A stretch of 32,000 nucleotides of DNA, taken from positions 780,001 through 812,000 of the forward strand of contig NZ_LN885086.1 of NCBI RefSeq assembly GCF_001458695.1. Reading direction: 5' to 3'. This DNA is from Candidatus Nitrospira inopinata. Its GTDB lineage: Bacteria; Nitrospirota; Nitrospiria; Nitrospirales; Nitrospiraceae. The notes beneath the pieces were generated by a model that had not been told where the DNA came from, made no database searches, and was given only the letters and a program-made list of their open reading frames with translations. Shown one piece after another: positions 10,939 through 18,956 of the stretch. Position 1 is the first letter of the stretch, and every line of letters starts with the position of its first letter. The translations under genes and the position numbers were made by a program.

Positions 10939-11077
10939 TGGCGTCCTTCGTCTCCCTTCTCGATGGAACAACAGACGTGATTCACAAACCGGCGGAAGAA
11001 CCTTTCTTCTCCGGCCGAACCGGGGCGGGAGTCTACCACAACCTCATGCGCCGCGACAGGGCAGACCGTCTGGTTCA

Positions 11078-11104
11078 CTGGTTCAGCAGAACCAGCTCTT
11101 TTTT
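11078..11104 (+). terminator. orphan Rho-independent terminator in the ettA/flp divergent intergenic region
   Basis: ctggttc (11078-11084), loop agca, gaaccag (11089-11095), then ctc + TTTTTT (11099-11104). A second ctggttc copy at 11070-11076 could pair instead. No plus-strand gene ends here. Confidence 0.55.
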
Positions 11105-11250
11105 GATGTTCCAGAGAAATCTCCTAGAGGTCGAGTTTCCCTACAGAAATTCCATGATCATCATTCATCACCAGGGACTCACCCCTAAAGTCGCGCCGGG
11201 GGGGTGCCGATAAGAAACCGTGCCGTGCATGGCACAGAAAGGAGATCACT

Positions 11251-11409
11251 ATGAAAACACCCTGGCAGAGACTGAAGGAAGAGTGGGGCGCGACCGCCGT
11301 GGAATACGGCCTGCTGGTGGCGGGGATCGCCATTGTCATCGCCTCGGCGGTCTTTCTGTTCGGAGGCAGGCTTCGCGGAGTCTTTCAGCGGTTGGCGGGG
11401 CTGTTCTGA
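11251..11409 (+). CDS. flp: Flp/Fap family type IVb pilin (prepilin)
   Basis: The 52-aa ORF is absent from the supplied track. SD AAAGGAGA lies about 6 nt upstream. The sequence is MKTPWQRLKEEWG|ATAVEYGLLVAGIAIVIASAVFLFGG... It carries the Flp processing motif G/xxxxEY followed by a hydrophobic helix, and it sits first in the tad operon. Confidence 0.85.
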   Translation: MKTPWQRLKEEWGATAVEYGLLVAGIAIVIASAVFLFGGRLRGVFQRLAGLF

Positions 11410-11471
11410 GCCACCGCACACAACGGGATCAAGCACCCGACGCTCACCCGTAGGAAGATAAAGGAGACAAT

Positions 11472-12398
11472 ATGGATCGCTTCCGCCTTGGATGGCTTCT
11501 TTTGGCTGGCGGTCTTATGCTCGGGCTGGGATCGAGCTGGGCAGCCTATGTGTGGCTGGAAACACAGGGTCTGGCCCAGGGGGAACAGGACCAGTCTGTT
11601 CACCCGGTCCTCGTCGCCGCCCGAAACCTTCCACGGGGGATCAAATTACAGCCGGACGACGTGCGGCTGGTGCCCTTCCCGGAAGCCAGCCGTCCGGAAG
11701 GGGCGTTAGCATCGGTGGAATCCAGCGTCGGCCGGCCAGTGCTGGAGCCAATTCGCAACGGAGAGCCAGTGCTGGACACCAAGCTGGGCCCGACCGATGT
11801 CACCGCCTCACCAGTCGCGTTGCGAACGGCCCAGCACAAACGGGCCTACGCGGTTCGGCTGCAAGGCCCGGCCGGGAACGTAATCGTCCCCGGCGACTCC
11901 ATCGATCTGCTCGTCACGGTGAGACCGACCGACACCTCGGGCAGGCCGCTCACGGAACCAACGAGCCGTATCGTGGTGGAACAGGTGCCGGTGCTCGACG
12001 TCCTCCGAGCCGCTGCTTCGGGGAACACGGAGGGCCTGGGTGGTTCACAGGCTGTGCCAGCAAGCGACTGGCAAGACATCGTCCTTGAAGTGACCCCTGA
12101 AGAGGCAGAGCGGGTGGCGTTGGCGGAACATGAAGGCACCTTGCGCGCCGTGTTGCGACATCCCACCGACACAGAGAGGGCTAACACTCCGGGAGTCAGT
12201 CAATCCCACCTCCTGGGTCTGGAACCGCCGATGAGACAGGCCGGGGACACTCAATCTCGCCAGTCCCCTTTGTTGGTAAAGAAACAGGCTCCACGGACGG
12301 AGCCGGTCCGTCAGGCTACAGCGACACAAGCAGCCCCGGCACCTTCGGCTCGCATCGAGATAATTCGGGGAGGACAGCGAAGCGAGGTGACCTTTTAA
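11472..12398 (+). CDS. cpaB: Flp pilus assembly protein CpaB/RcpC
   Basis: 308 aa. An N-terminal TM anchor is followed by a SAF-like segment (VLVAARNLPRGIKLQPDDVRLVPFP...GRPVLEPIRNGEPVL) and an RcpC-like region. SD AAAGGAGA upstream. It sits between flp and the secretin. Confidence 0.85.
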   Translation: MDRFRLGWLLLAGGLMLGLGSSWAAYVWLETQGLAQGEQDQSVHPVLVAARNLPRGIKLQPDDVRLVPFPEASRPEGALASVESSVGRPVLEPIRNGEPVLDTKLGPTDVTASPVALRTAQHKRAYAVRLQGPAGNVIVPGDSIDLLVTVRPTDTSGRPLTEPTSRIVVEQVPVLDVLRAAASGNTEGLGGSQAVPASDWQDIVLEVTPEEAERVALAEHEGTLRAVLRHPTDTERANTPGVSQSHLLGLEPPMRQAGDTQSRQSPLLVKKQAPRTEPVRQATATQAAPAPSARIEIIRGGQRSEVTF

Positions 12399-12455
12399 AC
12401 GCCGACCGGCTCGGCAACATGGCCAAGGCCAAGACCAACAAGGCAACACCAACTG

Positions 12456-13970
12456 ATGACCGGGATCAGAATCATGTCAGAGCAACAGCCAGGGAAGAGG
12501 ATCCGGAAGAGGATCCGATTGTGTCGTGCTCTGTTACTAGGGCTTGTGACGCTGTTCGGCTCGGACATCGTATCTGCCCCTCTCTCCTGGGCCGCCGATC
12601 CATCACCCGGCGCACCCGGCGGGACAAGACCCACGATCCGCCTCACTGTCGGCGGCTCCCAGGTGCTCGATCTGAACAGGCCGACCAACAGGGCTTCGAT
12701 CGCCAATCCGGACGTGGCCGACACCATTGTGCTCTCGCCACGCCAACTGTACATCTTGGGCAAGGTCCCCGGCGTGACAACCCTCATGGTGTGGAGCAAG
12801 AACGAAGAGTCGCCCGTCGCCTACGACATTACTGTCGAACCCAACGTGACGGAGCTCACTCGCCTCCTCAAGGCTCTTTATCCGAACGATGGTCCCCTTC
12901 AGGTCACGACAGCCGGCGATCAGATGGTCGTGAGCGGAACCGTCGCCAGCGCCGCCCGCCTGTCTCAAATTCTCGCTATCGCCGAAGCCTATGCGCCGAA
13001 GCGCGTCATCAACCTGCTCTCGCTCAAAGGTCCGCAGCAAGTCATGTTGGAGGTGCGCGTCGCGGAAATCGACCGCTCGCTCCTCCGACGACTCGGCGTC
13101 AACGGCAGTGTCGCCGCCAACAACGGCCGCGAGTTCGGGGTCTCGGTGCTCAAAAACTTGACGAGCATCCTGCCGGCCGGCGACAGCGCAGCAGCGATCG
13201 CGCCCATCGCCGGCGCGGCCGCGCCATTCGGCATCGGTCTGGGACCGACCATCTCCGCGTTGTTTCGAGGGGGGATCGGCAATACCACCTGGACAGCCTT
13301 CCTGGATGCACTCAAGGAAGAAAATCTGGTCAAGGTGCTCGCTGAACCGACCTTGGTCACGATCAACGGCCAAGAGGCTTCGGTGTTGGCGGGCGGCGAG
13401 TTCCCCATTCCCATCCCCCAGGCCTTCGGTGTCACGACCGTGCAATACAAAAGCTTTGGCGTCCAGCTCAAATTCCGGCCGATGGTGTTGGACCACCGAC
13501 GGATCAGCATCACGGTCACGCCGGAAGTGTCCGAACTGGACTTCGCCAAGAGCTTGACCCTGCAGGGCTTCGCGGTACCGTCCGTCACGACCCGGCGCGC
13601 TTCGACGACAGTCGAGCTGGAAGAGGGGCAAAGTTTCGTCGTGGCCGGCCTGTTACGAGACAATGTTCGGGAAATCGTCTCGAAATTTCCCTATCTCGGC
13701 GATGTCCCGGTCTTGGGCGCGCTGTTTCGCAGTACGAAATTCGAGAAGAACGAGTCGGAATTGATCATTCTAGTCACACCCCGTTTCGCGGCGCCGGTCC
13801 AGGCCAATACCCTGTCCCTGCCGACCGATCGCTATCAAGAGTCCTCGGAGGCAGACCAGTTCCTCTACGGGCGAACAGGGCGGCATCGCTCAGTGGGCTC
13901 GGCACCTGCCGCTGACGCTCCGAATGCTACAGGCAACCCCACATCCTCTCGTCAGGGAGTCGCACCATGA
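12456..13970 (+). CDS. cpaC: Tad secretin CpaC/RcpA
   Basis: 504 aa with a signal peptide. The pilus-formation N-domain reads IRLTVGGSQVLDLNRP..IANPDVADTIVLSPRQLYILGKVPGVTTLMVW. The C-terminal secretin core reads VLAEPTLVTINGQEASVLAGGEFP...PYLGDVPVLGALFRS...ELIILVTP. Confidence 0.9.
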   Translation: MTGIRIMSEQQPGKRIRKRIRLCRALLLGLVTLFGSDIVSAPLSWAADPSPGAPGGTRPTIRLTVGGSQVLDLNRPTNRASIANPDVADTIVLSPRQLYILGKVPGVTTLMVWSKNEESPVAYDITVEPNVTELTRLLKALYPNDGPLQVTTAGDQMVVSGTVASAARLSQILAIAEAYAPKRVINLLSLKGPQQVMLEVRVAEIDRSLLRRLGVNGSVAANNGREFGVSVLKNLTSILPAGDSAAAIAPIAGAAAPFGIGLGPTISALFRGGIGNTTWTAFLDALKEENLVKVLAEPTLVTINGQEASVLAGGEFPIPIPQAFGVTTVQYKSFGVQLKFRPMVLDHRRISITVTPEVSELDFAKSLTLQGFAVPSVTTRRASTTVELEEGQSFVVAGLLRDNVREIVSKFPYLGDVPVLGALFRSTKFEKNESELIILVTPRFAAPVQANTLSLPTDRYQESSEADQFLYGRTGRHRSVGSAPAADAPNATGNPTSSRQGVAP

Positions 13971-14347
13971 ACAACGGGACTTACCCTCTCTCAATCATGG
14001 GACGCTGGTGTCTGGTCCTTGCTATCGTAACGTTGCTCTCCTGCGAAACGCCGACGCACCTCCGTGAGGATTTCGGTGCGTCATACAACGAGGCGATCCG
14101 AGCCCAGACCGATCCGGACCATGTCCGTCGGTCGCTCGCCGGCTCCTCGCTCGATGGCCGCGCCGCCGCATTCCTGTATGAAGCCTACATCGAGCGGCAC
14201 AGGCAGTCGGCAGACTCATCTCAACAGCCCCCTCAACAGCCTGCTCAACAGCCCGGCACCGCCCTTCCCTCGACGGCGGCAGGATTCTTTTCAGGCGGGA
14301 GCTCAAGCGGAGCCAGCTCCATGCCGGCAGGGGGGCCGAATCCATGA
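13967..14347 (+). CDS. small low-complexity lipoprotein (positional RcpB/CpaD equivalent)
   Basis: 126 aa. Its ATG overlaps the cpaC stop (ATGA). It has a lipobox-like TLLS|C. The C-terminal half is QQPPQQPAQQP plus a Ser/Gly-rich tail. No family was recognised. Confidence 0.5.
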   Translation: MNNGTYPLSIMGRWCLVLAIVTLLSCETPTHLREDFGASYNEAIRAQTDPDHVRRSLAGSSLDGRAAAFLYEAYIERHRQSADSSQQPPQQPAQQPGTALPSTAAGFFSGGSSSGASSMPAGGPNP

Positions 14348-14775
14348 ACCGATCCACTCATATTGGGTCGCGACGGTGGTGGTCATCTTCCGACGGCGCC
14401 GCAGCCGTGGAATTCGCCTTGGTTCTGCCGCTGCTGCTCTTGCTCACAGTCGGCATGATCGACGCTGGTCTCCTGCTCCATCGCGCCTCGCTATTGAGCG
14501 GAGCGAGCCGTGAAGGGGCCCGCGTCGGCGTCGTCAACGCGACAAGTCGATCAAACGCTCAGTCTATTGAGACAACCGTTCGCTCATTTTTGGCTAGAAC
14601 CGGCGTCTCGTTTCCAGGCTTGCAGGTCACGGTCAGAGGAGCCGGAGGACAACCGGGCACCGAGCTGTCCGTGCTCGTCCGGGCGCCTCATCGATTCCTG
14701 CTGCTCGGCCGATTGGTTCCCGGCGTACCCTCAGAGATCACACTGCGAGCCTCGACCGTCATGGCCATTGAATAA
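14344..14775 (+). CDS. tadE: TadE-like pseudopilin
   Basis: 143 aa with an ATGA start/stop overlap with the upstream gene. The N-terminal motif SDG|AAAVEFALVLPLLLLLTVGMIDAG is the TadE-family prepilin-like leader plus helix. Confidence 0.8.
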   Translation: MNRSTHIGSRRWWSSSDGAAAVEFALVLPLLLLLTVGMIDAGLLLHRASLLSGASREGARVGVVNATSRSNAQSIETTVRSFLARTGVSFPGLQVTVRGAGGQPGTELSVLVRAPHRFLLLGRLVPGVPSEITLRASTVMAIE

Positions 14776-14796
14776 AATAAGAGGAATGGAGAGGCG

Positions 14797-15816
14797 ATGG
14801 CAAGAGACCTTCGAATGGCTCATGAGCGCGGCGCCGTTGCCGTGATTGTCGCGGTGCTCCTTCCCGCCTTGCTCGGTGTCGCCGGGCTCGTGATCGATGG
14901 AGGCGAGTTTATGCTCGCGCGTCTTCGCTTGCAGACGGCGGCCGACTCGGCGGCGCTGGCGGCCGCATCGTTCATGGGCCGGAGTCGCTCAGACGGTCAC
15001 CCTTCGCAGGCCCTGCTTAGGGCCGGATCGCTCGACTCCGTCGCGTGGCCCGTCGCCCAGCGCAATTGGGGCGACGACGCCTCCCTGTCCCTCAGGGTCG
15101 AAAGTGGTCATTGGGATTCGGCTGCGCGCCGGCTTGCGCCTCGTCCCGATCAACCGGACGCCGTGGCCGTCCATGCGAGCGCCACATTGCCAACCCACCT
15201 TGCTGGTGCGTTGGGGGTTAGGCGATGGACCATCTCCGCCCGGTCTATTGCGGCCCTTCCTCCCTTGGGCTCCGTTCCAGCAGGCACCATCACGCTTCCG
15301 CTCGGACTGGTCACTCTTTCGACGGGGCGCAGCCTGCTCAACGGACGCGAGACGGGCCACGCTCAGGGCTTTGGTCCCTGTACCGTCCGCCTGTCGTTCG
15401 AATCCGAAGGCCGGCCAAGCATGCCAGCCCGTGACGGATTTCCTGAGCTGCGGGCAGGCCACAGCCGCATCCGAGTAATCGACGACGGGAGGTCGCTGAC
15501 CAGGGAGGAGCTCGCACGAAGTTATCGGCAGCCTGGCGCCTCTCTCCGTGATGAACTGATCGCGGTTGTCCCGGTGATCGAGGCCGACCGATGTCCTGTG
15601 CCTTCCGGCTGGCATCGCGTGGCCGGCTTCGCAACCGTGCGGGTGAGCGCCGCTCGCGCACATCCTCTTCCTGTTCTCCCCATTACAGCCACGGCGCACC
15701 TCGGCGACCCAGGAGCTCCGTTGTCCATCCAAATTGTTACCAGCCACGTGGTCCAGGGGCGAGGAAGGGGGCCGAATTTCGGTACGCAAGCCGCTTCGCC
15801 GGTGCTGGTGCAATAG
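14797..15816 (+). CDS. tadG: TadG-like (Tad_N domain) pilus assembly protein
   Basis: 339 aa. The N-terminus ERGAVAVIVAVLLPALLGVAGLVIDGGEFMLARLRLQTAADSAALAAA matches the TadE/G-like N-terminal domain. I did not recognise a family for the remainder, and no vWA motifs are evident. Confidence 0.7.
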   Translation: MARDLRMAHERGAVAVIVAVLLPALLGVAGLVIDGGEFMLARLRLQTAADSAALAAASFMGRSRSDGHPSQALLRAGSLDSVAWPVAQRNWGDDASLSLRVESGHWDSAARRLAPRPDQPDAVAVHASATLPTHLAGALGVRRWTISARSIAALPPLGSVPAGTITLPLGLVTLSTGRSLLNGRETGHAQGFGPCTVRLSFESEGRPSMPARDGFPELRAGHSRIRVIDDGRSLTREELARSYRQPGASLRDELIAVVPVIEADRCPVPSGWHRVAGFATVRVSAARAHPLPVLPITATAHLGDPGAPLSIQIVTSHVVQGRGRGPNFGTQAASPVLVQ

Positions 15817-15831
15817 GAGGAATCTTCCACG

Positions 15832-16683
15832 ATGAAGGTGCCCAACCAACCGACTTCCCCCAGTCCACTCCCTTCCTCCACTCAGCTCATCTGTGTGATG
15901 GGCGCCAAGGGCGGCGTCGGCACGACGACCGTGGCCGTCAATCTGGCCGTGAGCCTCCGCCACCGCTTTTCCACCACGGTGCTGCTATTGGACTGGGACT
16001 TTGCAGGCGGCACAGCCGCACCGTTGCTCGGTGTCACGGCTCGCTATTCGCTTCGCGACCTACTCAATCGCCCAAGCGAATGTGATTCGTACTCCTTCTT
16101 GCGGTCCCTCTCCGAATCTTCTTACGGCGTGTGCGTGCTTCCCAATGGTCATGAGGGATGGCAGCCACCGGCCGGATCTTCGACCCAGCTCGACCACCTG
16201 GCCCAATTGGCGGTCCAAACAAATTCCCTGATCGTGGCCGATATCGGGCGAGCTTCTGGTGAGCATGCCGCGCCCATCCTCAACCGTGCCACGACTGTTG
16301 TCTTGGTTTCCACACCGAATGTGGAAGCGATGCTTCGCGCGGGCCGGATGGGGTGGATGGTCGATTCGTCGCCCCTTCAAGCAACACGCCGCCTGTTTGT
16401 CGTCAATTGTGCACGGGATGCTGACCGACCCGTGCTTACGGAGGCTCAGCGGCAGTTGCGCCGGCGGATCGACCTGGTGATTCCGCGCGATGATAATCGT
16501 GTCACCCTGGCCGCTGAACGGGGCCAACCAGTCATGATTATGGCGGCGACCTGCCCCTTCTCACAGGCGATCCGTAAGCTGGAAGGCCTCACCCTGGGAA
16601 CGGACGGCGATCAGGCTGCGGGCGCGGAATCGTCGTGGTCCCATCGGCTGTCTTCCTGGTTTCCTCGGAGGAAAGCGGCATGA
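15832..16683 (+). CDS. cpaE: CpaE/TadZ-like ParA/MinD-type ATPase, short form
   Basis: 283 aa with SD AGGAGG upstream. The deviant Walker A VMGAKGGVGTTTVAVNLA begins at about residue 22. It sits directly upstream of cpaF with an ATGA overlap. Confidence 0.8.
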   Translation: MKVPNQPTSPSPLPSSTQLICVMGAKGGVGTTTVAVNLAVSLRHRFSTTVLLLDWDFAGGTAAPLLGVTARYSLRDLLNRPSECDSYSFLRSLSESSYGVCVLPNGHEGWQPPAGSSTQLDHLAQLAVQTNSLIVADIGRASGEHAAPILNRATTVVLVSTPNVEAMLRAGRMGWMVDSSPLQATRRLFVVNCARDADRPVLTEAQRQLRRRIDLVIPRDDNRVTLAAERGQPVMIMAATCPFSQAIRKLEGLTLGTDGDQAAGAESSWSHRLSSWFPRRKAA

Positions 16684-18008
16684 TGTCGTCGGCGCCTTCC
16701 CCCTCGGTCGGAGCAAGCAGCCATCCTGGCAATGATCTCTCGGCCCTCCAAGAGCAGGTGTACCGAGCGTTGCTCACCCGCCTCGATGTGGCGCACCTCG
16801 CCCAACTGGACCGTGAAAGCCTGGAGATGGAACTCGCCATTTCCACGATGGCGATCCTGGAGTCACAAGGCACCGCGCTGCGCACGGATGAAATCCGACG
16901 GATCGTCGAGGCCATCCGCAGCGAGGTGCTGGGGTACGGTCCCTTGGACGTTTTGCTCAATGATCCTTCTGTCTCCGACATCCTGGTCAACGGCGCCACG
17001 CGCGTCTATGTCGAACGGGGTGGCCGTCTCCAAGAAACCGAGGTGAGATTTCGTGATGACACGCACCTGCGCGACGTGATCGACAAGATCGTGGCCCAGG
17101 TCGGTCGTCGGATCGATGAATCGTCTCCCATGGTCGATGCCCGCTTGCCGGATGGCTCACGGGTCAACGCGGTGCTGCCGCCGCTCGCGCTTGACGGACC
17201 GGTGCTCTCGATTCGCAAATTCGTCAAGGACCGGCTCTCGTTGGCCGACTTGATCGCCAAAGGCAGCTTGGTGCCTCCGATGGGAGACTTTCTCGCCGCC
17301 GTCGTCCGCGCCCGGCGCAATGTCGTCATCTCCGGCGGGACCGGCTCCGGCAAGACGACTCTGCTCAACATGTTGTCCGAAAATATTCCGCCGACCGAGC
17401 GGATCATCACGATCGAGGACGCGGCGGAATTGCAACTGCGCCAGCCCCATGTCGTCCGTCTGGAGACCAGGCCGCCTAATCTCGAGGGACAAGGTGAAGT
17501 CACGCAGCGGGACTTGGTGCGCAATTGTCTGCGCATGAGGCCGGACCGAATCATTCTGGGCGAAATCCGCGGCGCCGAGGCGCTGGACATGTTGCAGGCG
17601 ATGAACACCGGTCATGACGGATCGCTGGTAACCGTGCATGCCAATTCACCGACCGACGCGATGAGCCGGATCGAAATGATGGTGGCCATGGCGAATGTCT
17701 CCTTGCCCCCAGCGGTCGTCAAACAGACCATGGCCTCCGCTCTTCACATTGTTGTCCAGGTCTCGCGGCTCTCTGATGGGACGCGCAAGGTCGTGGGCAT
17801 TCACGAAGTCGTCGGCATGAAGGACAACTTCATTGCGCTTCAAGAATTATTCCGATTCGAACAGCGCGCTGTCGATGAGACGGGCCGGGTGCAGGGGGGC
17901 TTTGTCTCGACCGGCAATCGCCCTCAGTGCTTGCCATTGTTGAGGGCCCAGGGGCTTCGTGTCTTAGACGAGTGGTTTCGGCCGCAAGAATACCCTCTTC
18001 CGACCTGA
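16680..18008 (+). CDS. cpaF: Tad secretion ATPase CpaF/TadA (T2SSE family)
   Basis: Walker A ISGGTGSGKTTLLN, Asp box ITIEDAAEL, Walker B RPDRIILGEIRG, His box GHDGSLVTVHANS. The start was chosen at ATG 16680, which overlaps the cpaE stop. The track ORF starts at 16635. Confidence 0.95.
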   Translation: MMSSAPSPSVGASSHPGNDLSALQEQVYRALLTRLDVAHLAQLDRESLEMELAISTMAILESQGTALRTDEIRRIVEAIRSEVLGYGPLDVLLNDPSVSDILVNGATRVYVERGGRLQETEVRFRDDTHLRDVIDKIVAQVGRRIDESSPMVDARLPDGSRVNAVLPPLALDGPVLSIRKFVKDRLSLADLIAKGSLVPPMGDFLAAVVRARRNVVISGGTGSGKTTLLNMLSENIPPTERIITIEDAAELQLRQPHVVRLETRPPNLEGQGEVTQRDLVRNCLRMRPDRIILGEIRGAEALDMLQAMNTGHDGSLVTVHANSPTDAMSRIEMMVAMANVSLPPAVVKQTMASALHIVVQVSRLSDGTRKVVGIHEVVGMKDNFIALQELFRFEQRAVDETGRVQGGFVSTGNRPQCLPLLRAQGLRVLDEWFRPQEYPLPT

Positions 18009-18047
18009 TGCCATGATGCCGTCGGCCGAGACGTTGACTGTAAGATC

Positions 18048-18896
18048 ATGACACCGATCCTCATCGCTATCGGAGTCGGGTGTTCCACCACGTTGCTGTG
18101 GCTCGCCGGCACCTTGCTTCTTGGCGGCTCGCGACGAGTTCCTCCTCTCAAGCTCGCCGAGAGCCCGGAGGCTCATGAGAGAGCTGGCGTGATGAGCGTG
18201 ATGAGATGGTTCGGATCGATGCTGCGGTTCGGTCGGTCGAGCAATCCAGGTTCCGGTACCCAACAGGAGGCAGACCAACCAGGATGGTCACGGCGGATTG
18301 ATACGCTCGTCACTCTCTGCGCCCACCCCTCCGCCGTTTGGAAGAGCCGACGGCGGCTACGGCGCATCCGCGAGCAACTCCCCGACGCCCTGGAGGTGAT
18401 GGCCCGCGCGCTCCGCGCCGGCCATGCCGTGCCCACCAGCTTGGCCATGGTGGTCGAAGAGAGTGCCGATCCGCTCCGCCGTGAGTTCGCCCTCGTCGTC
18501 GAGGCTATGCGATTTGGAAAGAGCTTGCCCGAGGCCCTTAAAGAACTGGCCTCGCGAGTGGACGTGGAGGAAGTGCGGTTCTGGGTTACCTGCCTTTTGA
18601 TTCAACGAGAAACAGGGGGAAGTCTCCCCCACATGCTGGACGAGGTAAGTCGGTTGATCCGCGCGCGCATGGAATTCGCCGCCAAAGTGAAAGCCGTCTC
18701 GGCCGAAGCGCGATTTTCCGCGGTGGTGCTGTCCGGCCTGCCATTGGTGGTGGGTGGATTGATCAGTGTGATCAATCCTGAGTACCTCTCGCCCCTCTGG
18801 ACCACCTCTGTAGGGCAGGCGATGGCAGCAACAGCACTAGGCCTGATGGGGTGCGGCATCATCGTCATGCGCCGCATGACACGCATCAACTTGTAG
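18048..18896 (+). CDS. tadB: Tad inner-membrane platform protein TadB (T2SSF domain)
   Basis: 282 aa. It has an N-terminal TM, a T2SSF-like cytoplasmic domain (LPDALEVMARALRAGHAVPTSLAMV...FGKSLPEALKELASR) and C-terminal TM helices. Confidence 0.85.
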   Translation: MTPILIAIGVGCSTTLLWLAGTLLLGGSRRVPPLKLAESPEAHERAGVMSVMRWFGSMLRFGRSSNPGSGTQQEADQPGWSRRIDTLVTLCAHPSAVWKSRRRLRRIREQLPDALEVMARALRAGHAVPTSLAMVVEESADPLRREFALVVEAMRFGKSLPEALKELASRVDVEEVRFWVTCLLIQRETGGSLPHMLDEVSRLIRARMEFAAKVKAVSAEARFSAVVLSGLPLVVGGLISVINPEYLSPLWTTSVGQAMAATALGLMGCGIIVMRRMTRINL

Positions 18897-18956
18897 GGAC
18901 ATCTTACGCCGTCGAGAGGAGAACGCACCGTCTGGTCCCATGATTCACAACGCTGG

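Noticed and set aside
11230-11245. TGGCAC lies just upstream of flp and resembles a sigma54 -24 element.
   Set aside because: The expected -12 TTGC is absent (the sequence continues agaaaggaga). The element also overlaps the SD, only about 15 nt from the ATG.
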